Shown here: positions 54,968 through 64,000 of the stretch, piece by piece
Position numbering within the stretch: the stretch's first letter is position 1
Layout: each line of letters opens with the position of its first letter
NCBI RefSeq assembly: GCF_963506605.1
Contig: NC_083281.1
Span: forward strand, 14,322,001 to 14,386,000
Direction: 5' to 3'
Source of the DNA: Zootoca vivipara
Taxonomy: Eukaryota
Length of the DNA stretch: 64,000 nucleotides
Notes under the pieces: generated by a model
Databases searched by the model: none
Told to the model about the DNA's origin: nothing
The model's input: only the letters and a program-made list of their open reading frames with translations
Made by a program: the position numbers and the translations under genes

Positions 54968-57900
54968 CCTGGGGAGAGAGGATGGAGTGTTTTGGGTAGA
55001 GTCCTGAGGGACAGATAGAAGGGTGTGGAGGGATACATTCAACCCCCAGGCCTGAGGTTCTCCACACCTGGGCTATGGCTGTCTTGAAGACACAGATCCA
55101 CTTGTCTGATATATTTTGCTTTTTTAAAAAAATCCTGGAAATTAAACTTATGTTCCTCAGGGTCCATATCTCTGCAGCGTATAGACCAGCCTTCCCCAAC
55201 CTGGTCCCACTCCAGATGTTTTGGCCTCCTGCTCCCATGTGGGGGCTGATGGGAGTTGGAGGCCAAAACATCTGGAGGGCACTAAGCCAGGAATGACCAG
55301 TGTGGAAGAACCTTCCCTATCCCAGACCTTTGCAAACTCCTCAAAGGAGATGGCCTTGTCTCCATCCTTATCAGCCTCTTGGATGGTTCGGTCTGTGATG
55401 CTCTCGAGTTGTTCATCCGTCACCTCGATCCCAATCATCATTCTCAGCACCTGGGGGTTGGGGAAGAGGGATAGCCAGAGAGATGAGGGGTTCTTAAGGG
55501 CGCTGCTTCTCCCTATTCCTCTGCCTTCATAGAGATAAGGGACTAAAGCTTTGCTCTGCTGTGACAGCTGGAGCACAAACATGTGCATGCTTCTACACCG
55601 ACGTCCCAGGATAAATTTCCTGGGTTCCAGGCATGATTGTGACCTTCACAACACAAGAAGGCCAATGGCTTGTACAGTCCAGCATCCTGTTCTCAGAGTG
55701 GCCAACCAGATGCCCAGTGGGAAACCTGAAAGCAGGATTTGAACACAAGAGCAGCTCTCCCCATCTGTGATTCCTAGCAACTGGTATTCAGCAGCATTAC
55801 TGCCTCTGACCATGGAGGCAGCGCATAGCCATCATCGCTAGTAGCCAATGATCGCCTTACACTCTGTGAATTTGTCCTGTCCTCTTTTAAAGCCACCCAG
55901 GTAGGTGGCCGTCACTGTCTCCAGCGGCAGTGAGTTCCACAGTTTAACTGCACTGCATGAATAAGTTCTTTCTTTTATCCGTCCTGAATCTTCCAACAGT
56001 CAGCTTTGAGCCCAAGACTTTCTAGCCTGGTACATGTGAATTTAAAGAAGTGCTTCTAAGCATGTAGAGAGCATATTCCTTTTGTCAGGGTGACATCAGC
56101 TCTCCTCCTCCATTGAGGTTTAGGGGGCAGGATATATTTGGGGGGCAGGCAGGCAGTCTTGCCTTTGGGTAACACAGTTAAGCACTGCACCTCCCCGATT
56201 TTAATTTTTCATATGCACATCCCTTTCCCACCCTTGCAGCTTTGCCCAGTTGTCTGCAACAGTTACCTGTAATATTTCTGCTCGGGAGATCTTCCCATCC
56301 TTGTCTTGGTCGTAGAGCTGAAAAGCAACTGAACAGGAACCAAAACAACCGGGGGGGGGGGGGGAGGTTAGCAATGGGGAAGGTTTAGGGCGTGGCACCA
56401 TGTTGTGCTGCCTGCCCACAGATCTGTTCAATTTAAGGGGGGACATTAAGCACCCAGGTTGCATGTGCATACTGTGCTTTTGTTACTGCACAGCATAACT
56501 GGGGAACTTGGCAGTGACTGCAGAATTCTGCATCCTGAGCGTTTCAGTCATTTAAATGAAATCAATCAAGCATCTCTAGCCCTTACAGCTACATGGGGTA
56601 CTTCTTGCCTGTACTTGTTTTCCCAGGAACACCCATTATATCTACTCACACTTCAGCTTGCTAAGCCGGCTGTTAGCGTTCTGCGAGCCTCCGGGTCCTT
56701 CCACTGGCCGGAAGTGGGCCAGCACACGAGTGAATGTCCGGAAGTCCGTAGTCTCTCTCCTAGGGAGAAACAAGACCCTTCATGGAATCTTACCTACTAG
56801 GAAGGAACACAGGAATCTCCTGGCCCATCTAGCTCTGCATTGCCTTCACTGACCTACCGGTACCTGGAGATGCTTAGAGCTTGAATCTGAGACCTTCTGC
56901 ATGCAAAGCAGATGCTCTGCTCCTGAGCTACTTCCTTTCCTCTCTTTAGCATGCCATTGCTTGAGGAAGCCTGATCAGCCTGAGGGTGTTTCTTAATTAT
57001 GCATTTGTATCAGGGCTGCAAAAGAGGCTGGCCTTGTGCACTCGATCACGTTGGACAAGGCCTGTGCCTGCCTCACACCTCTCAGTCCTGTGATTTCTCT
57101 TTGCATGGACATTGGGGAACTGCCTGCAAGAGGCCACTCCTGCCTGGCTGGGTTTCAGCGATGCAGAACTCTGTGTGGCTCTCAGGCAGACACAGGGTGA
57201 GCTCTCAGGCCCTTTCATGAGACTTGGGAATTGGGACTGGGAGACGTTCCTTGTGGATACAGGTAGGTAGCTGTGTTGGTCTGACGTAGTTGAAACAAAA
57301 TAAAAAAAAATTCCTTCCAGTAGCACCTTAGAGACCAACTAAGTTTGTTATTGGTATGAGCTTTCGTGTGCGTGCACACTTCTTCAGATAAGTGTGCATG
57401 CACACGAAAGCTCACACCAATGACAAACTTAGTTGGTCTCTAAGGTGCTACTGGAAAGAATTTTTTTATTTTGTTCCTTGTGGGTGTTTGCCAAGAGCAA
57501 ATGTGTCTGGGGAAGAACATAATAGACTGGAATCAAGCAGCAGCAGCAGGCAGGGGAACAGGCCCTCCAGGCTGAACTTGGCTGTTCCAGTACCCTGAAT
57601 CATAGAATTGACTCAAGAATATTCTTGTGAACTAAGGTCTGATTCCCTGTATTGTTAGAAGAGGACAGGATGGTGAAGTGAGGGCAAGGGGCAAGCGAGG
57701 GCAGTTTCTGGTTTTTTTTATGGCACTGGGCAGGGCCGGAGATTTCCATAAACACACACACACACACACACACACCCATCTGGGAAGAAGGCATTGATGA
57801 TCTGGTCGCCAATGGGGTTCACTGCTAGTTCTCCGATCCCTTCAAAGTCATCTTTGCTGCAGAGTGAGAAAACATATAACAAAATGTATAAAATTGGAAG

Positions 57901-60900
57901 GGATCCCCAAGGGTCATCTAGCCCAACCCTCCGCAATGCAAAGGTGGCTTATTTTATTTTATTCCATCCAGCTTTTCTGTTCACAGTGAATATCTGACGT
58001 GGCTGATGACCAAAATGAGCCGGGGGGGGGCACATAAAAGGAATCAATTCTGGTCATAGTCAGAAACCCTCCCAAGGTTTCTTTGTCTTCCTGGTGCGAA
58101 GTCTGTGTGATTGTTAACCCACACCTGCCTCCTTTGACTGGTCTGCAGTGAATATTCTGAGTCCACATTGCCTCTCTTCCTGCTACAATTGCAGCATCCC
58201 TAAATCTGTCACCCATGCAGTAGGTGTTGTGCAGAAAGCTGCGGTGATAGTGTAGTCCTTTCTGCCAGGGTGCTCTAACTATCTATGTCAGTTGGATGAA
58301 GCACCGTGAAACTGAAATACATAAGGTGTTGACAAATGAGCAGGAATTTGGTGGTCAAAAGCAGTGGCTAAGGGGCTTCTGTAGGCATTTACTGTGGAAT
58401 ATCCTTGCTGTGTTTACTAACTTTTTATGGGCCATCAGCATGACATTGTTATGCAAATCCCTGTCTTCTGCCTGCAGAAAAACTAACTTTTAAAGACCCC
58501 CAGAATGGAGCAGAACTGCAGTTCTCTGCAGGTCTCAATTGTTCTTAATTCTACTCTGCTGACTCTTGGAATCATAGAATTCTAGAGCAGTATGTTTCTG
58601 ACGTGTGCTCTGTCATATTGGACAGGTGAACCTATTGCCACTCCGCTCACCTTTAATGTGTCATTACTTTTTGACCAATTTGCTCTGACGTATTTAGTGC
58701 TGTATTTGTTGGCTGCTCTTGAATCAAGCTTTAAAACCTTTTACCAGTCTTGAAAGAAGAAAATGGTTAAATAGCGCTTGAAGAAGAGCATTAGTTCAGA
58801 TTAAATCCCTGATTTCTTTATTTTTAATTTAAAAACAAAAAACTTCTCACGTGAATTGAGTCACGTCATTTCCTGTTCCCTTGGCTATACCATGTCCACA
58901 AGTGTGAACAGAGCATGGCAGGATAGAAAAAGCACAAGCCTCAACTGAGCTGCCTGAATCTCTGCTGTGTAAAGGTCAGTGGGGTGGTGGTTGTGGGGCA
59001 ATGTCTACAGACGGAGGCCGTGCCCTTGCTGCAGGAGACTGGGCTGGATGGCCTCAGAGTTTCTTCCTAGTTCTCAGATTGCCATCCTCTTCCTTTCCCT
59101 CTTGCTTACCTGAGGAAACCTTTTTCATCCTTGTCCAAGGCCTGGAAGCGCTGGTAAAGGCGCACAACACTAGCTTCCGAGACTGGGTGCAAGAGGAAAG
59201 GAGAGGTTTAATGATTAGCCAAGAAAGTGCCATGAGCAGCAGGTATAATGACCTTGAAACGGAAAAAAGAAGAAGAAGCCAGATGCAATTAACATTCCCC
59301 TGAATCAAAAGGCGAACTGTTTGAAACTTGGAGAGCAGGCTTGAGCACGCCTGCACTGTACGGAAATGGGAATGAAGTGTCCAGATTCAGGGCAGTCTCC
59401 TAGTCCACTTGGGAACCATGCAAAGTGGTTGCTGGGGGAAAGAAGGTCACAGGCCTGAGGGTGGGCTGGTGATCCACTTTGTCTGGTTTGCTGGACAGAG
59501 ATAGCTTGACCATTGCAGTACATGCATTGGTAACCTAGAGGCTGGATGACTGCCACGCTCTCTTTGCCCTTGGGTCTTGCACAATGCTGCGGACAAAATG
59601 CTTGCACAATGCTGCGGACAGATTGCTGAAGGGAGCTTCTGGTCGAGAACATGCGACACATCTGCACTGGAGGGCGTCACTGTGGCTGCTTATCTGCTAC
59701 CAAGCCAGGGTCACGATTCTCGTATTGATTTACAAAGCCCTAAACAACATGGGACCTGGATATTTCAGGGATTGCCTGAACCCCTTTGTCCCAGCTCGAT
59801 CACTGAGAATCATCTGCAGGAGTGTCTTTGGTCGTTCCCCAAGCTGTGGAGGCTCATTTGGCTATGATGAGAAACTTTCGTGTCATTGGCCCAGTTTTGT
59901 GGAATTCTCTGCCAATGGAGATTCAGTGGGCACCTTCTGTGCCAAATTTTAAATGCCTGTTGAAAACTCTTCTATTCTGCCAGGCCAAGGCAAGCAATTA
60001 AGAGTACACCCCCCACAATGGCCTATTGCTATTTTTACAAGGGACGCGGGTGGCGCTGTGGTCTAAACCACTGAGCCTCTTGGGCTTGCCGATCAGAAGG
60101 TCAGCGGTTTGAATCTGCGCGACAGGATGAGCTCCCGTTGCTCTGTCTCAGCTTCTGCCAAGCTAGCAGTTTGAAAGCACGCCGGGACCGGTAAATAAAT
60201 AGGCACTGCTGCAGCGGGAAGGTAAACAGTGTTTCCGTCACACTCTGGTTTACTTAACGGTGTCCCGTTGCGCCAGAAGCGGTTTGGCCATGTTGGCCAC
60301 ATGACCCGGAAAGCTGTCTGTGGACAGATTCAGGTATGTTGGTCTGCTGTAGTCGAAATAAGTAAAAAAATATTGAAAAGAATTATTTGAAAAACTTCCA
60401 AAAAAATTCTTTTAAAAGAATCAAGTCCTTTAAAATATATATATATATATTGTCCTAAAAAAGTCTTTAAAAGAATCCTTCCAAAAAAATTTTAAAAAAT
60501 TGTCCAGTAGCACCTTAGAGACCAACTAAGTTGTTCTGGGTATAAGCTTTCGTGTATCTGAAGAAGTGTGCATGCACACAAAAGCTGATACCCAGAACAA
60601 CTTAGTTGGTCTCTAAGGTGCTACTGGACATTTTTATTTTATTTTTTGGAAGGATTCTTTTAAAGAAATTTTTAGGACAGTTTTTTTTAAAAGAACTTGA
60701 TTCTTTTAAAGGAAAAATTTCTTTTGGAAGAGTGTTTTTTTAAATAATCCTTTTCAAGATTTTTTAAATTTTTTTAGTCTGTGGACAAACGCTGGCTCCC
60801 TTGGCCTGAAAGCGAGATGAGTGTTGCAACCCCATAGTAACCTTTGACTGGACTTAACCATCCAAGGGTCCTTTACCTTTTTTTTTTTACCTTTACTGAT

Positions 60901-63432
60901 ATTTTTACTTACTTAACTTAGTTGTGTTATTAGTTTTAACTTGTTTTTAACTTTTTGTGATTTACTGTCCAGTTTTATATTTTCATATTGTTGCAAACCG
61001 CTGTTATATTATTTTTTATGGTACAGCAGTATTTTTTATTATTTAAAAGAAGAAATCCCCTTGGGGCAGCACCAAAGGGCCTCCACCAGGAAGTGGAGCC
61101 CGGGGGTGAGCTGAGTGGGGGGGGGGTCAAGAGACTTCGCAGTCTGTCCCATAACCCCTCTCAGGGTCTATGGTTTCAAACCCCACGTTAGGTGAAAGGT
61201 TGTTCCCAACTCTGTAAGTCTGTGATTCTGGTTACAACCTCCAATTGGCTTTGGGTGAGCTTGATAGCTTTTGCAGCACCCTTCAGTGAGGTTCCCCACC
61301 CCCACCTCTGGCACTGCCTTTTTATACTGTGGGAGGGAGGCAGAAGGTTGGCCCCACAATAGCTTTACTTAAACCCACATTGTTCTAAGAATATTATGAG
61401 TTCCTTAGAAATGGAAGTGACGGGATGTAAATGAATTTTAGCAGCAACTAAAATCCCAAGTTGCCGACAAAGGTCCGTATAGTTAAAGCTATGGTTTTCC
61501 CAGTAGTGATGTATGGAAGTGAGAGCTGGACCATAAAGAAGGCTGATTGCCGAAGAATGGATGCTTTTGAATTCTGGTGCTGGAGGAGACTCTTGGGAGT
61601 CCCATGGACTGCAAGAAGATCAAACCTATCCATTCTGAAGGAAATCAGCCTTGAGTGTTCACTAGGACAGATCCTGAAGCGGAGGTTCCAATACTTTGGC
61701 CACCTCATGAGAAGAGAAGACTCCCTGGAAAAGACCCTGGTGTTGGGAAAGATGGAGGGCACAAGGAGAAGGGGACGACAGAGGATGAGATGGTTGGACA
61801 GTGCTCTCAAAGCTACCAATGTGAGTCTGACCAAACTGCAGGAGGCAGTGGAAAACAGGAGGGCCTGGCATGCTCTGGTCCATGGGGTCACGAAGAGTCG
61901 GACAGACTAAACGACTAAACAAAATCCAAAGTACCAGATGAAATGGGAAAAGGTAAGGGCAAAGGTCGCCAGTCTGGTGTCTTTCTCCCCGCCCCCGCCC
62001 CCCCCGGCCAACCTCCCATTATACATGCTAACTGGGGCTGATGGGAAATGGAAGCTGCCACTGTGACTATTATTCCTGCCACAGCATTTCTTTCCATGAA
62101 ATGTGCGGCATCTTCTCTCAGGGGAAAAGTGACAAGCCCAGCATAATAAAAGAAATCGGTGACACATTGGGTTTAAAGCACACACATTCAAACCTCCTGC
62201 CCCCTACTGAGGGAATTTAATACCCCCCCAACTTGTTGAAGTGGGGAACACAGGGTGGAAACCTCAAAGTCATCCCCCTCCCCGCCCTTTCTTCCTTTTT
62301 AGATTTTGCAAACAATAGGAAGCCAGCTGCCAGATAAGATGCAAGGCTTTGGTTGGGGCGCAGTGCCAAGCTCAATAGCAACAGTTCCTTTTTCATCCAA
62401 AACTTGGTAAAATATCTCTTAACAGGGGGCAGGGGTGGGGCTCACATTCTACCCCAGGAGCATGAAGATCTCTCCCAAACTGACTGCACACCACACCCCA
62501 GACAAAAGATTCCCGTGTCCCAAGTCTGCATTTGGCTTACTCATCGGAACAAAGAAAAAAACCAATTTCTTCCACAGCTGCAAATTGTCCAGAAGTTCTG
62601 TACTCACACAGTACTAGCTGATGCGCTGTAGTTTACTCCCATTTCCTTGGCTAGGAGGAACAGACTTTGTGGACCTCTGATCTCCGTTAGTCACCTAACC
62701 TCTGCTCTCTGGGCCCTGAGCTGGGGAATAGGAGGCAGGTGGCCCCGTTGGGGTGGGGCTGGAACGGGCCAGGCCCAGAACACTCGAACCCGAAGATCCG
62801 GATTAGCCCCTTCTTCCAGTGCCTGCTCCCTCTCTCGCTCGTGATGAGAGGGGCGCATTGGCATCACGACAGCCGAGGCAAGCCGATGCGGACCAAAGAC
62901 CAACAACCGCTGCCCCCCCCCTTCACCTCTTAAATTGCTCCCTGCCTGCCCTGTGCTTGCAGGCAGTCCCGAGACCCTTTTCCTCCCAGCTCCCAAATTG
63001 AGCCGTGTTTCAGCTATGAAGTCCTGATTCTGGTGCTCTCTGATCACGAGGCTCCTCTCCACGAGTCCTGGATCTTTCCCTCCTATGCGATTGCCCAAGC
63101 CCACTGGCCGCGATTCCCACCCCTTTCATAAGTCTAGAGCAGCCAGGACTTCCCTCTTCCCAGCAAAGCTTTAACGTGAGCCAAGTCTCCTCCTGGGACT
63201 GAGCTCCAGAGATCTAGCAAATGCGCAGCAAGGCAGGTGGGCTTCTCATTTGGAGGTCAGGGGTTTAAACAATTCCGAGCTTTGTTGCTAGCTCCCTCCT
63301 CCCCCATTTCCCCCCCTATTCATGGAAAGGAGGAAAGCAAACCGTTCTCTAAAGTTTTCCCGTACAGCCAGTTTCTTTCATGATCTCCTGCTGCTCAGGA
63401 ACCGTGAAGAGCTGAGAAGTTTGGCCTCCCAT
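54347..63432 (-). CDS. CHP2: Calcineurin B homologous protein 2-like, 189 aa, 7 coding exons
   Basis: Exons 63366-63432, 59110-59182, 57776-57856, 56650-56759, 56267-56328, 55328-55450, 54347-54400 (570 nt). MGGQTS myristoylation motif, [17 protein letters not shown]-hands [12 protein letters not shown] and [13 protein letters not shown]-terminus [11 protein letters not shown] family is firm; CHP2 orthology is probable only. Confidence 0.85.
54419..54549. other. Assembly gap (131 N)
   Basis: Run of N. Confidence 0.99.
54917..54965. repeat. (TG)n microsatellite (others at about 9304-9348, 10237-10282 and 57752-57775)
   Basis: Directly visible. Confidence 0.97.
57257..57472. mobile_element. 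Penelope-like (PLE) terminal-repeat fold-back insert
   Basis: Two inverted copies of the CCAGTAGCACCTTAGAGACCAACTAAG-containing repeat; 11-bp TSD GTTCCTTGTGG; hammerhead motif at the junction. Confidence 0.75.
57354..57390 (-). ncRNA. Minimal type I hammerhead ribozyme motif (PLE-associated)
   Basis: TAT-CTGAAGA-A-GTGTG CACG CACAC-GAAA-GC-TC-ATA: CUGANGA and GAAA core boxes, stem II, palindromic AGCU in place of stem III, UC cleavage site. Confidence 0.65.
60041..60893 (+). mobile_element. Sauria SINE interrupted by a PLE fold-back insert (60327-60776)
   Basis: Head GGGACGCGGGTGGCGCTGTGG and (ACCTTT) tail; the insert is flanked by the 11-bp TSD GTCTGTGGACA. Confidence 0.85.
61462..61920 (+). 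mobile_element. BovB (RTE) LINE 3' fragment in CHP2-like intron 1
   Basis: ORF 61461-61910 is nearly identical to 44630-45091; imperfect TSD AAAATCC(C/A)AAGT. Confidence 0.92.
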
Positions 63433-63513
63433 CTTGAAGCAGTTCTGACTCTCCTCCCCAGGGCAGCCAAAGCTATTTACAGGGCGTGCCTCTCTCTGTC
63501 TCTGGGTGTGTGC

Positions 63514-63527
63514 ATCTATATAAATAT
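63514..63527 (-). promoter_or_regulatory. TATA-like box upstream of the CHP2-like gene
   Basis: Minus strand TATTTATATAG about 85 nt upstream of the ATG at 63432. Confidence 0.45.
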
Positions 63528-63689
63528 CGGGACACCTACCAACTTCAGCAGAGAGTCACACAGGCACACACTCCCAGCAGCTGTTATCAAAGCCAGACAG
63601 CTAATCCACTGCAAGGGGAGGAGGGACTTGGGAAGGGCCGGGAAGAGTTTTAAGGTGGAAAGGCAGAGAGAAGCGAGAGGGAGGCAATG

Positions 63690-63997
63690 CTAAGTAGCTG
63701 TTATAACTTGCATGCCGAAATCCAGCATCGCCTGAGCTCCGCGAGTGCAGCTTGCTCCCGATTAAAGTGCAGAGTGTTTGAGGACCGGGACATTCGCAGG
63801 GAAACCAAAACGCTTGTTTACAAAGCTATTGTACTACCAACCTTAGCGTATGCTACACGGACCAGTTATAAACGCCATCTCCAACTCCTCGAAAGATTCC
63901 ATCAACAGTGTCTCTGAAAATTTTTACACATCACTTGGGAAGACAGGCAAGCGAATACTGGAAGAAATTCCTTCCAGTAGCACCTTAGAGACCAAGA
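63690..63997 (+). mobile_element. RTE-clade LINE fragment followed by the start of another PLE repeat
   Basis: RLSSASAACSRLKCRVFEDRDIRRETKTLVYKAIVLPTL; AATTCCTTCCAGTAGCACCTTAGAGACCAA at 63966-63995. Confidence 0.7.
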
Positions 63998-64000
63998 TTG

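Noticed and set aside
62608-62642. MGVNYS... mini-exon with a strong donor as an alternative CHP first exon
   Set aside because: 35 nt gives the wrong phase for exon 2; 63366-63432 fits in both phase and homology.

Overview
Vertebrate nuclear DNA from a squamate, probably a lacertid lizard (inferred from Sauria SINEs, BovB and L2/CR1 repeats). Almost all ORFs in the supplied track are spurious. The real genes are multi-exon and were rebuilt by hand from GT-AG junctions and reading-frame phase. Five genes: COX7A1-like (minus, exons 1-2 only); a complete 9-exon secreted RNase T2 gene (plus, 263 aa) with a His-to-Lys change in CAS II, apparently a second RNASET2 paralogue; a 10-exon ADAD2-like pseudo-deaminase (plus, 487 aa) with no detectable dsRNA-binding domain; a 6-exon divergent Rab1 (minus, 213 aa) that looks like neither RAB1A nor RAB1B; and a 7-exon CHP2-like EF-hand gene (minus, 189 aa). 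Introns are dense with transposons: L2, CR1, RTE/BovB, Rex1, Sauria SINEs, hAT and Tc1/mariner MITEs, two Helitrons, and Penelope-derived fold-back inserts carrying minimal hammerhead ribozyme motifs. There are three N-gaps. Comparisons with human or fish proteins are from memory and need database confirmation.
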